A stretch of DNA of 64,000 bases from Lama guanicoe (GCA_013239625.1 MU056000.1:11793175-11857174), one strand, 5' to 3'; numbered from the stretch's first letter, positions 49,371-62,511 are shown. Numbers and translations: made by a program. The notes: a model not told the origin generated them from the sequence alone.

Positions 49371-49924
49371 AAAAAAGTGTCATCAAGTATAATGTGCAAT
49401 AATTTGTAGAATCAAATCAACAAAATCTCTAAATTTTCAGGTAGGACTAAAATCCTCAAATTAGGATTAACGCACCGAGAGCCTCAATTAACCACGTATG
49501 TGTACATATGGACCACCTTTGTTCTATGAGAAAGAGACAATGATAGGAAATGGTACATCCTTGGATTGATTCAGCCTCTCATATCTTCTGCAACAGCATC
49601 ACTGCACAATTCAAGTAATACCCAGAAAATGTACCTTGTTCACAAACCATAAAACAAAACCCTTAATCACAAAATACGGTTTTAGTCATTGTTGCAAGCC
49701 TAGGTAGAAACAGGAAAGGAGTCATGCAGCTTGGAAGACTTAACAAGGATAAAGTCAAAAATATTATGCTCAATATGTAATGAACTAGAAAAAAGTGAAC
49801 TCAGACACTTAATTTCTTGATGACTTCAATTAGCACTAATTGCAGAGAAATTAAGGTATATTGAGATCTTTCCAATTTGAGATCTGAAAGCACTTCTCTT
49901 GGCATGACGTTCCACCCAGTACAC

Positions 49925-50470
49925 GACAGTGGTTCAGAGCACAGCCCTGGTGCCTGACTGCCCAGGCCGTGGCCTGGCGCTGTCAGTGCCTCAGTTTGCC
50001 CATCTGCTGTTATGCGCTGAATTGCATCCCTCTAAAGTTTCCGTATTGATGTCCTAACCCTGGTACCTCCGAAAGTGACTGTATTTGGAAATGAAGTCTC
50101 TTCAGAAGTAATTGAAGTTAAATGAAGTCATCAAGGTGGGCCCTAATCCAACATGACTCGTGGTCTTCAGAAGAAGGGGAGATTAAGACAAAGGTGTGCA
50201 AGGAGGAAGACCATGTGTGAGCACAGCAAGGAGGCAGCCATCTACAAGCCAAGGAGAGGCCTCAGAAGAAATCAACCCAGCTGACTCACTGACCTTGGAC
50301 TTCCAGACTCCAGAACTGTGAGAAAATGAAGTTCCATGGTTTAAGACCCCAGTCTGCAGTATTTTGTTATGGCAGCCCTGGGAAGTTAATACGTCTGCTA
50401 ACGGGAGTAGTACTGAATCCACATCATAGGGTAGTTCTGGGGATTAAAGAAATTAGCAATGTCTTTTGTC
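49925..50470 (+). mobile_element. MIR SINE split by an MLT1B LTR
   Basis: 'gtgcctcagtttgcccatctgc' resumes after the LTR as 'tctgctaacgggagtagtac...catagggtagttctggggattaaaga'. Confidence 0.7.
50008..50393 (+). mobile_element. MaLR solo LTR, MLT1B-like
   Basis: Full-length LTR with exact TSD tctgc (50003-50007 / 50394-50398). Confidence 0.92.
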
Positions 50471-50636
50471 AACTATTAAAATAATAAATGTAAGTAATAT
50501 TAGTGACCATCATTTCCTGATCACTTACTCTACGCTCTAGCACTGAGACCAAAGCCTGGGAGTTGCTCAGTCAATGTACTTACTGTATATTTAAGATTTC
50601 TTGGTAAGAACAGAATGTTATTCTGACAATAATTTT

Positions 50637-52362
50637 TTTAATTGAAGTACGGTCAGTTACAAGGTATCAATTTCTGGTGTACAGCACAATGTCCCAGTTA
50701 AGCATATACATACATATATTTGTTTTCATATTCTTTCTCATTAAAAGATATAAGATATTGAATATAGTTGCCTATGATACAGAAGTCTGTTTTTTTAATC
50801 TATTTATATATAGTAGCTAACACTTGCAAATCTCAAACTCCCAAATTGATCCCTTCCCACTCCCTTTCCCCTGGTAACCATAAGATTGCTTACTATATGA
50901 GTCTGTTTCTGTTCATTAGTGTCCTCTTTTTCTCTTTTTTTTAGATTCCACATATGAGTGATATCATATGGAATTTTTCTTTCTCTTTCTGGCTTACTTC
51001 ACTTAGTATGATGATCTCTAGGTTCGTCCATGTTGCTGCAAATGGCATTATTTTATTCTTTTTTATGTCTGAGTAGTAGTCCATTGAACAAATGTACCAC
51101 AACTTCTTTATCCAGCCATCTGTTGATGGACATTTAGGTTGTTTCCATGTCTTGGCTATTGTATATAGTGCTGCTATGAACATTGGGGTGCATGTATCTT
51201 TTGGAATGAGTTCCCTCCAGATTTATGCTCAGGAGTGAGATTGCTGGATCAGATGGTAAGTCTATTTTTAGTCTTTTGAAGTATCTCTATGCTGTTTTCC
51301 ATAATGACTGCACCAAATTACATTCCCACCAGCAGTGTAGGAGGGTTCCCTTTTATCCACACCCTCTCCAGCATTTATCATTTGTAGACTTTTGAATGAT
51401 GGCCACTCTGACTGTTGTGAGGTACCCAGTACTTCATTGTAGTTTTGATTTGCATTTCTCTGATAATTAGCAATATTGAGCATTTTTTCATGTGCCTATT
51501 GGCTATTTGTATGTCTTCCTTGGAGAATTGCTTGTTTAGGTCTTCTGGCCATTTTGGGGTTGGGTTGTTTGTTTTTTATTATTAAGTTGTGTGAGCTGTT
51601 TACATATCCTGGAAATTAAACTTTTGTCAGTCACATCATTTGCAAATATTTTCTCCCATCCCGTAAATTGTCATTTTGTTTTGCTTATGGTTTCCTTTGC
51701 TGTGCAAAAGCTTACAAGTTTAATTAGGTCCCTAAAAATTTGTTAATTTTTGCTTTTATTTCTATTGCCTGGGTAGATTGCCTTATGAGAACATAGCTAA
51801 TATTTACGTCAGAGAATGTTTTGCCTATGTTTTCTTCTAGGAGGTTTATGACATCTTGTCTTATACTTAAGTCTTTAAGCCATTTTGAGTTTATTTTTGT
51901 GTGTGGTGTAAGAAAGTGTTCTAACTTCATTGATTTATATGCTGCTATTCAGCTTTCACAACACCACTTGCTGAAGAGACTGACTTTTCCCCATTGTATA
52001 TTCTTGCCTCTTTTGTCAAAGATTAATTGACCATAGATCTGTGGGTTTATTTCTGGGCTCTCTATTCTGGTCCATTGATCCATATTTCTGTTTTTATACC
52101 AATACTATGCTGTTTTGATTACTGTAGCTCTGTAGTATTGTCTGAAGTCTGGGAGGGTTATTCTCCCAGCTTCATTCTTTTTCTTTAATATTTCTTTGGC
52201 AATTCTGGAACTTCTGTGACTCCATATAAATTTTAAGATTATTTATTCTAGTTCTGTGAAAAATGTCCTGGGTAATTTGATAGGAATCGCGTTAAATCTG
52301 TAGATTGCCTTGGGCAGTATGGTCATTTTAACAATATTGATTCTTCCAATCCAAGACCATGG
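50637..52362 (-). mobile_element. Young L1: 3' part (ORF2 C-terminus and 3' UTR) of a twin-primed element
   Basis: Antisense ORF2 peptides [26 protein letters not shown] and [20 protein letters not shown]; poly(T) at the left end. Confidence 0.95.
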
Positions 52363-53551
52363 AATAATACTACGAACAACTATATAGAAACAAATAGGAC
52401 AACCTAGAAGAAATGGACAAGTTTCTGGAAACATACAGTTCACCAGGACTGAATCAAGAAGAAACAAACCACTTGAACAAACCAGTCACTAGAAATGAAA
52501 TAGAATTAGCAATTTAAAAAACCTCCCTACAAACAAAAGTCCAGGACCAGATGGCTTCACGGGGGAATTCTACCAAATATACAGAGAACTCATACCGATC
52601 CTTCTCAAACTCTTCCAAAAAATTGAAAAGGAGGGAGTACTCCCAAACTCATTCTATGAAGCCACCATCACCCTGATACCAAAACCAGACAAATACACTA
52701 CCAAAAAAGAAAATTACAGACCAATATCATTGATGAACATAGATGCAAAAATCCTCAATGAAATCTTAGCAAACAGAATCCAACAGCACATAAAAAAGAT
52801 CATACACCATGATCAAGTTGGGTTCATCCCAGGGACACAAGGATAGTTCAACATATGCAAATCAGTCAATGTAATACACCACATCAACAAGAGAAAGGAC
52901 AAAAAAAATCACATGATCATCTAAATAGAAGCAGAAAAGGCATTTGATAAAATTCAACCCGTTTATGGTAAATACTCTTACCAACATGGGTATAAAAAGG
53001 AAATATATCTGAATATAATAAAAGCTATTTATGACAAACCCACAGACAGCATAATACTCAATGGTAAAAAAAAACCTCAAAGCCTTCTCCCTAAAATCTG
53101 GAACAAGACAAGGATGGCCACTCTCACCACTTTTATTCAACATCGTCTTGGAAGTCCCAGACACAGCAATCAGGCAAGAAAAAGAAATAAAAGAGATCCG
53201 AATTGGAAGAGAAGCGGTAACATTGTCACTATATGCAGATGACATGACACTATACATAGAAAAGCCTAAAAGCTCCACACAAAAACTACTAGAGCTGATA
53301 AAAGAATTCGGCAAGGTCACAGGATACAAGATTAGCACACAGAAATCAGTTGCATTTCTTTACACTAACGATGAAATAGCAGGAAAAGACAGTAAAGAAA
53401 CAATCCCTTTTAAAATTGCATCTAAAACAATCAAATACTTAATAAATCTGACCAAGGAGGTGAAAGACACACACATAGAGAACTACAAAACATCAATAAA
53501 GGAAATTAAAGATGACTTAAAGAAATGGAAAGATCTCCCATGCTCTTGGAT
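52363..53551 (+). mobile_element. Young L1: inverted 5' part (ORF2 RT domain, frameshifted)
   Basis: [18 protein letters not shown] and LSLYADD motifs. TSD tgacaataatttt (50624-50636 / 53552-53564) brackets both halves. Confidence 0.95.
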
Positions 53552-55199
53552 TGACAATAATTTTGGATTTGATTTTAAATATTAACTATGGATGGGTCAC
53601 CTTGCTTCTAAACTTGGAAGAGTGTATCCTCTGTAATGAGTGGCAACCATGTGCAGTTTTTGATCTGCACGTGGATAAACTGTAGTTTTAGGAATGAAAA
53701 TAATTCATTTAGCCTCATCCAGAAGAATTTATGTGTTTTGATGTGTCAGACAATAATTCACTGAATTAAATGAGATGATCAGTTTCGACCCCCACTTCCC
53801 CTCCCTAGATGCCCTAACCGTTTTGCTTAGCGTGGTAGGGAACTGGATATAAATTTTTAAGCACTGTCAGAAGAGACTTACTACTTCAATGGGAGGGTGA
53901 GACAGTTGAAATAAAAGCATGTTTGGGGAAGAGGCAAAAAAAGATGCAGGGAGAACAGCTAATAAATTTGCCTGGAGGAGGCAGGGAGTGAAGACAAGAA
54001 GATGGATACCTTGAGCACCTGGCGGTGAATTGAGAAGTTTAGTGCAGGTTATGATATGATGATAAATGAGTATAGTTGGTAGAGTGATTTTAGCAACAAT
54101 ACGTAGGAATAACTGACAAGCAAATAGTCCTTAAGGTGATTCTAGAAAATCTGGAATCATCCTACAGTGATATTGAAGGGCTCACACAGCAAAGTGGCTT
54201 TGGAAGGGAATTCCCTTGGATCTCTCCCTCGGGTCCTGTAGGAAAACTACATGCAATGGGATCCGGAAATCCATGGAAGTTGGCCTGAAACAGATGTGCG
54301 ATCCTGGACAATCCTGGACTAGAGAAGAATTATTAAGTAACATATAATATTACACATTAATGGGTGGAAAGGTAAATTTGGACTTCAGAGGACTTCAGAA
54401 CCCCACTTTCTGTGTTTCAGGGATGTGCAGTCACTTGAAATAGAAGACCCTGTGACTTTGCTTTAGTGACTATTTAAGAATCTTGTATAATTAGGACATA
54501 GGAAGTATTTATGTGGAGCGAGTGATTTTAAATGTTTCTTTAATTTTAATGACTTGAAGTTTCATGTTGTTCGGTATCTTAGTCAAATACTTTGTGATTA
54601 ATATGTGAAAATAACTTCAGCTCGGCTTCTTGACCAAATGATCATAAGTTCCATATGTACTGCACCAGGTAATTGGATTCTTGAACATCCTTTGTCTCAT
54701 AGTCTGTCCCTGTAAGAAGAGTCTTACCCTCTTCCACCTCCGCCCCTGCAAGAGGACCGCTTACAAACTTTCAAGTTGCCTTCCAGGAATTAAACCACTT
54801 CCTTAGTCTGGGGGTTATTTTCTGTGCACTTTTGAGGTACAGTTTAGTTTAACTCAATATGTTAACTCCTTAGGCATATGCCAAACTTCCATAAATTTTC
54901 CTAAGTGTCACAAAATTAAAAGACAAAACTAAACACAAAAGTTTTCTCTTCCCTCCAGATTAGTTAATGTGCTGTTCAACTGCCCCAGGTAACACTTCCC
55001 GATACGAGGTATTTCAAGTATGTTGAGAGTCTAAAAATAATTTTTAATAGCCTTGCCTTCATCGTGCATTATGGAGTCATGGGGAGAAGGGGTAGGGGCC
55101 AGAGTTTAATTGTTAACGAGGAATATTCTGGATAGTACAGTTTGGTTTTGTATACATACAATTACTAGCTGAGTGCTTTTTTTACAGATTTCTGAGGTG

Positions 55200-57000
55200 A
55201 ACTCCTGAAAAGACAAGGTTTCTTTGTCAAGCTGTTAATTAAGTGTACAACTGTCAAAGTAACTATCATTCTGATTTGTACATAAAACCTAAAGGATAAA
55301 GACATCACTTTAAAAAATGTCTTGGACTTACGGTTACATGAGGTATAAGCTTGATGATTTGCAGACTCTATTGATTAGATTAGCTGACTCAAACTTTTCA
55401 GAATCATCAAACCAGTTAGTTGTTTGACTAAGTCGACTGACAATTCATTTTAGAAAATGAGTAAGTTAGCCCTGAATGTGGGACTTCAATTGCTGCTCTG
55501 CATCCTGCCTTCACCTCCCAGGAGCAGTACCTGTGGGCCAGTCATTCATCAGCAGTTAACAATTTCTGTTTGCATGCCTCCTGAGCCACCTCCCACAGCC
55601 CAGGTAAACCACATTTAATCAACAAAGGAACATTACGTTGTAACCAGGAGTTATGTCATCAGCGGCTTTGAGACACTGCAACCAGCAATTCAAGATGGGA
55701 ATAAAAATGGAAAATAAGGAAGTAAAGGTGTCAGTTTCCAGAAGGGTGAGAGAGGCCTCCCTGTTGTTTCTGCTCAGTGATGGAAATTGTTATTGCCCAG
55801 ATGGGTGTTAAGGAACAGCAAGAAAGGCAACCAGCATCACTACAAATTAATGCACACACTGACGGGGAATGTTAATTTGTTATCAGTGTAACTGCACGAA
55901 AGTTATCAACATAATTTCCTCTGACAAGTGATTCATTCTAGAGGGGGGAAAAAAACCAAGCTAAGAAGCCTCTATAGTTCGTTATCAGACATCTGCAAAC
56001 TGTTTTTCCCTTCTCCCACCTGATCTGCAGGTATTGCAGGCTGGCTGGATAAAGTTAATGGTATTCATAGGGAAAGCTGTGATTTACTGAGACATACGCT
56101 CTTGTATAAACACAGCAAGGTTCATTATCACTTATAGAAAGTGTCTCCAACAGGGTGACAACTCATGTTATAAACAGTCTTTTCTAAAGGTCCAGAAATG
56201 AAGGGAACTGGGCTGGGCATCTGAAAACACATTGCAGACAGACCAGGGTGAATTAGTATATGCTGAAGAATTATCTCAGCTTCCTAATGGTGCTGACATT
56301 AATTTTTTACTTAATCGCAGAGAATGACAACTGGGAGAGGAAGACAGTAAGTATAAAAGAATGAAATTTGCCAAATAGAGAGAATTCCACATCCTGACCA
56401 CTTTTAGCCGCTCTCGGGAGACGTTTGTGTCAGCACTTAGAGAGGAAAAGAGGGGAGGCACCACCTTCCTTCTGCTCTTTTGTTGATCCTTTTACTGGCT
56501 GTTTGGGGCCCAGACGAAGCCATGAGTCATTCCTGGTAGAAGGGAGGGGTTGGGGGGAGAGGAAATGGAAGCAGTCCTCTCTTATCTATTTGTGATGGCT
56601 TTATTTGAAAAAGGCTAAATATAATTGAAGCTAATATTATTAGTGTGCATCAACTCTCGGATTTTTTCAAAGATCCATTTATTTGATCCATTCATTTTCA
56701 TAAAAGCTTTAGCACGACTTTGATGCTGTTAACTTTCAAGTGGTCAGGAAGAAAAGGATTATTCCAGGGCAACAGCGGATTCTTGCTTGAAGATCCCTCC
56801 TGATCTCTGACATGGAGTCATTTTATTTTTCAGGGCAGCGCTAGGTACCAGCTAAGCGGGACTGAACACTCCATTCTTAGAATCATGCCCCCACAACAAC
56901 GCCTACATTCAGAAACGCAGAGGAAGTGATTTGACAATTTAGAAAAGTTGTATCGCCAATCTACCAACAGTTAAACCTTTGTCTTAATTCAGGAAGCTTC
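55200..57000. promoter_or_regulatory. Repeat-poor block, candidate conserved non-coding/enhancer region
   Basis: No recognisable repeats; many TAAT and TGACA motifs; overlapping AP-1/TEAD motif at 56523-56533. Confidence 0.3.
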
Positions 57001-57249
57001 TTACACTCTCTTTTTTCCCAGCCTTCCGGCATATACACCACCCAGTGGTGATGACAGGTGTAATTGCATAGCACAGTGCCCTGTATATAGAGATGCTCAA
57101 GTGTTGCTAGCTGTTCTTCTTAAATGGTCAGAGCCTATGTCTCCCTAATGTGGCTAAGTCATATGACTGACAGTTGATTGCTTTAAGATCAGACCAGAAC
57201 TAGGCCAAGTAAATGAGGAAACAGTTGACTGCCACCAGGGTTGTGAATA

Positions 57250-57480
57250 CTGAAAAGAGTCTGTGGATTCAGACGAAACTTGAATACCAGTTTGGGCACT
57301 TAACGTGACTTTGTTACAGTAGCTCCCTGAGTTTCTGTTCTATCTTCCGTAAAACAAGGTAAATAATACATTGCAAGGCCTTTTTGAGGATTAAATTAAA
57401 ATATACAAATCAAATATTGAAATTAAAATATAGAAGACCCCTAGTATGGTATCTGGCACATAGTAAGTACTCAAAAATAT
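57250..57480 (+). mobile_element. MIR SINE
   Basis: 'ccctgagtttctgttctatcttccgtaaaac...tgaggattaaatt...tctggcacatagtaagtactcaaaaat'. Confidence 0.75.
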
Positions 57481-58140
57481 TTTTATTATTAATTTAAGGA
57501 AACACATATTTTGCTAATAAAATAATTAAAAAGAAAGAGCAACAGTGATGTGTGTCACAGGAACTTCTTCTCTTGAAGGCAGCAGGTGGTTGGACCCTCC
57601 AGTGCAGCAACTAGATTTCATACAAATAAATGTGTTCTGCCAACTTCACTATCTGAACAGAGTAGAGAAGAGAGGAAGATAGCCATCTGTTCGAGAAAGG
57701 GGGAAAGGAAGGGATTTGTAAGTGTCCAGATGTGTTCTCAAATAAACCATGTGCTCAGAGCAGGTCAAACATATGTAGGTTGTCTACAAAGGCCCCTTCT
57801 GAGTCCAGGTGCAGATCTTTAGGGATGAAATCATGCCCTCTAACTGTCTTGCTTTAATCACTTTTTCCTTGGCTCCAGACACAAGTAAAAACAAGCTAAT
57901 GAGAACTTGAATTCCAAGAGACTGCTGTATCATAAACATATTTTCCAAATGGCTAGAAAATCTGCAAAATTTCTAACCATGTTTTCACATCAGAATTTCA
58001 TCACCACGAGACTGATGATTCAAACGGACATGTGACCCAATCTGTAATCTGATACCAATTTAGTCACAGGGTCACCTTTATATACAGAGTAGACACCCCT
58101 TTCCTAATTCAGCAACATAACCACAAAAATGAATATTTGA

Positions 58141-58495
58141 CCTCACATGGGTCAAAATAGCCATTATTAAAAAGCCCACAAACGATAAATGCTGGAAAGG
58201 TTGTGGAGAAAAGAGAACCCTCCTACACTGTTGATGAGAGTTAGTTTGGTACAACCACTATGGAAAGTAGTTGGAGATTCCTTTAAAAACTGAATACAGA
58301 GTTACCATATGATCCAGCAATCCCACTCCTGGGCATATATCCTGAGAAAACTCTAATTTGAAAAGATACATGCACCACAGTGTTCATAACAACACTATTT
58401 TCAACAGCCAAGACATGTAAGTGAGAGATGACTGGATAAAGAAGATGTGAGATAGATAGATAGACAAATAAAGACAGATAGATAGATAGATAGAT

Positions 58496-58538
<43 letters not shown>

Positions 58539-58990
58539 AATACTACTCAGCCATAAAAAATGAAATAATGCCATTCACAGCAACATAGATGGACCTAGAG
58601 ATTATCACAATAAGTGAAGGAAGTCAGAGAAAGATAAATATTATATGATATCACTTATATGTGGAATCTAAAAAATAATAACACAAATGAACTTATTTGC
58701 AAAACAGAAACAGACTCACAGACAAGAAAACAAACTTATGGTTACCAAAAGGGATAGGGAGAAGGGGAAAGATAAATTAGGAGTTTGGGATTAGCAGATA
58801 CAAACTTATAGGCAGAATAGATAAACAACAATGTCCTACTGTACAGCACAGGGAACTACATTCAATATCTTGTAATAATCAATAATGAAAAAGAATATGA
58901 AAAAAAAGATATATATGTATAACCGAATCACTATGCTTATACACCAGAAACTAACACAGCATTGTAAATCAACTATACTACAATTTAAAA
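58141..58990 (+). mobile_element. L1 3' end, older cetartiodactyl-type
   Basis: ORF2 C-terminal and 3' UTR motifs. TSD gaatatttga (58131-58140 / 58991-59000). Confidence 0.92.
58450..58536. repeat. Compound (GATA)n(CA)n microsatellite
   Basis: Visible directly in the sequence; about 18-20 CA units. Confidence 0.95.
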
Positions 58991-59499
58991 GAATATTTGA
59001 ATTAAATGAATTTAAATATGACCCTGGAAGTTCAAGTTCATGTTTGGGCTCAGAAAATTGTTAAAATGAAGACTGTTATTTGCCAAATATTTGCACTCTC
59101 TGACTGACTTCTAAATTCACTCAGTGGCTACAGCACCCTAAGAAAGCAAACTAAAGTGCATCAGAATTTGGAGGATAGCAGAGGATTTGGGAAAGAAAAT
59201 ATTGCCTGAGGATAGAGAGGAGAAGAGGAGAAAAAGGCGCAGTCTTCTTAATCTCCCAGGAGGCCACTGTCGTTTCCTAGGCGTGGTTACCACTGAGAGC
59301 TTGAGGGAACAAGAGGCCCTGATTGGTGTCACTAGTCACTAGGGAGGAGAAACTAGGGAAAGAAAAAGTGCACAAGGAAGAGGAAACCCTGGCTGCTGCG
59401 GGAACATGGGCCAACGGGAACGTCTCACTGTTGTCCGGGCACTTCTGTGAGATCCCAGGAGTATGCTACCCACTCCGCCCCCCAACACCTCTTTCCCTT

Positions 59500-59600
59500 C
59501 AGCAAACACCATTAAGCACGTACTGTATGCCAGGGAGTGCTAGGCACTCTGGGTGATCACAGTGAATAAAGAGCAGCTCTAGTCTGTGTCAAAGTTCAAT
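59500..59600 (-). mobile_element. LINE-2 3' tail
   Basis: 'cagcaaacaccattaagcacgtactgtatgccagggagtgctaggcactctggg'. Confidence 0.7.
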
Positions 59601-61587
59601 TCCAAGAACTGCTACACAGCATTCAGACATGTGGATTCTACTGCATCCTAAGGAAACCCCATCTTCCCAAGCAGAGCCCAGATTCCCGGTGGCACAGATT
59701 CTGTCACTGGGTTTTGTGCTCCTAGAAGAAAATGTTTTTTTCCTCACATTAAGCCTAGTGCATCTCACCTAACATGTGCTCACAGCCTACTGTGCATAAA
59801 TAAATTGATTCACATTTGTGTGGCTATTTCAATGGAGAATCTTAAAATATTTTATAATTACAAAACATATCACATCAAGAGTCTATGATGATAAATACTA
59901 TGATGTATATATATTTATTATGTGTATTATTTAAAGAATAATACTATAATAAACAATTAAAATGCAGCTCAACAAATAGAAGATTTCGAAGGTTTGAAGC
60001 CCTCCATGCATTTCCCAAATGGCCTCCCAATTTCACTCCCACACGATAGTAACTAGTATCATTGCTTACAACCTTGGTGTCATATTGGACTCCAACTTCT
60101 CCTTTATTCTCAAATTCTACTGGCTACACTGTCTTGTCTTGCTGGTGGAAATGTACCCCCTCCCTCCAAAGGACACTTCCATGGCTGGCTCTGTTTTCAA
60201 CTTCCATTCTCTCTTCTAGATTATAATATTTGCTCTCTTCACCAGCTAAGTTTTTAATTCACATTTTGCTAATTAAATGAACCTTCACTGTGGTTTTATT
60301 TTTGCAGAAGAACAGCCTGAGCAGTGCGATAACTTTGAGGTTTGTTTCAGCTCATTTCCAGGATGCTGATATTATACTGTCCTCTATCGGTACATACAGT
60401 GCACACAAAGGAACTGTGGCAATAGACCTCATGCTTCTTTCATTAATTTGTACAAATGAAAGCTGCTAGCAGTACGTCAACCATTATTATTGATCATCTC
60501 CTTGTACAGGGCAATGAGTGAGATGCTGAGGGGCATATAGAGATGTGTAAAGCAGAACCATGTAGTCTAGAGTCAAGACAATCAATTCCATTGGTAACAA
60601 TGTGAGTACTTCAAATCTTTGTTATGTTTAGGGGGACTCACAGACAGCATTGTTCATCATCTTTTGTCTCACTAGCCTTAACTGGACCCACTAATGTACT
60701 ACACACACCCACTTTATAAATCCACAAATATTCTCATTTTTTAATCCTAGTTCAAAAGCTATTTTGTTTTATCACATCCGTAACCCTGAGTATAAAGAAC
60801 AGACAGCAAAGTTCACTGGCCTTCAGAATGACTCTAAACACTTCTTTAGACCTCTTTAAATCTATCACATGTTTCCAGGGACATTGACTTTACCAACTAC
60901 TTAAGGGAAAGTTTTGAAATGCTTGCCCTCAAAAGGTATTGTCATTCCCATATGCAAATGAAATGTGCAGTATCTCACTTTTCCATATTGAAACATACAC
61001 TGTTTTCTGTGAAGCTGGAGTAAACAATTTTAATGGGCTGAGAGTGATTGGGTAATCTGGTTCCTTTGCATTACCAGGCAACTGAGTGAGATGATTACTG
61101 TTTTCGTAGCCACCCTGGAGAGGGAAGGAATTCTGCGAATGTGCCTGGAACACAGGGCTGGTCCTGGTCCACTTTGAAGCAAGATCTGGCTTGTCTGATT
61201 TCTCAGAGTATGCGGGAGCTCACACTTATGTCACGATTAAAAAATTAGTCCTTTGTATTTCTCATTATGCAGTCACATGAGAAACTGAGTCACTATTAAT
61301 GGTGTGTCAACTAGGAAAAAAAGTGACTGTGTGAGAGATGGAGTCTAATCAGAGCTGTCAAAATTTTGGTGACCGTGGTTCACCCTTAGGGTCAGCAGCT
61401 GCTGCAGCTTTCATCCAAACCACTTCAACTGACTGTCTGCCTCATTAGTTTCTTACCATGTTCAATGGAGTAACAAAAAACAAACAAACAAAAAATACCC
61501 AGCAAATGCTGTTGACTTGGAGTCTCATTATTCCAGACTAATTTGCAATAAAAAAGGAAGAGATTTGGAAAGCATGGTTTCATACTA

Positions 61588-61682
61588 AGAGAGTAAACTC
61601 TAATAGTCTCAGTTGGCATGGGACGTCCCCACATCACAGGAAACCCAAGTCCCAGACAAACTCAGATGGCTGTTTACACTGG
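61588..61682 (+). mobile_element. MER81-like hAT-Blackjack MITE
   Basis: 'gtccccacatcacaggaaacccaagtcccagacaaac'. Confidence 0.55.
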
Positions 61683-62109
61683 GAGGTGTAGATCAGGAAC
61701 ACGGGGTTGAATTGCTAGCTTTTTCCTCTTGGTGAAAACAAAGTGCATCTTTACAAAAGGTAAAAACTAAATTCCTTAAATGAATTCATTGTTCATTCAT
61801 CAATTTTCTCAGTAAATCATCCAGAATGACTTCTCAAACATCTAATCCAGGACAAAAGCTGTCAGAATACCTACAATAAAAGTGCCCAGTGAAAATGTGG
61901 TTTGAAAGTTTGACAAGCATTTCATCATCGGAGAGATGATGCAACTTCTGTGACTTATATCATGTACATGTGTTGAAAATTCCAGCATAAGTAGAGAATA
62001 ACATAGAGTCATTTTTCTTCTCTCAACAAAAATTTTTGATGACTATTTTCTTGACTGATGACTAATAAATCAGTTACCCTTTCTGTCCATCTCATGACCT
62101 GTCACCACA

Positions 62110-62511
62110 TATATGAGTCAGGTTCTCTGAGAAGCAGAACCAGTAAGATCTGTGCACCCAGAGAGAAAGAGATTTATTTTAAGGAGCTGGCTTTCCTGAA
62201 TATGGACACTGGCAAGTTCAAACTCTGCAGGATTGGCTGGCAGGCTGGAGACCCAGGGAAGAGCTGCAATTTGAGTCTGAAGGTAATCTGCTGGCAGAAT
62301 TCCCTCTTCTCCTTGGGGAGGAGGCCTTCCACTGATTGGACATGGCCCACCCATCCACATTACAGAGGGTGATTGGCTTCACTTAAAGTCTACTGACTTA
62401 AATGTTAGCCTCTTCTAAAAAATAGCTTCACTGAAACATCTAAAATAATACTTGACAAAATATCTGAGTACTGTGGCCTTGCCAAGTTAACACAGAAAAT
62501 TAACCATCCTA
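62110..62511 (-). mobile_element. ERVL solo LTR, MLT2 (C/D-like)
   Basis: 'agtcaggttctctgagaagcagaacc', 'agatttattttaaggagctggct', 'ccaagttaacacagaaaattaaccatc'. Confidence 0.9.

Noticed and set aside
53061..53585. 174-aa ORF with a YADD reverse-transcriptase motif, as a functional or novel RT gene
   Set aside because: It is a frameshifted L1 ORF2 fragment inside a truncated, inverted L1.
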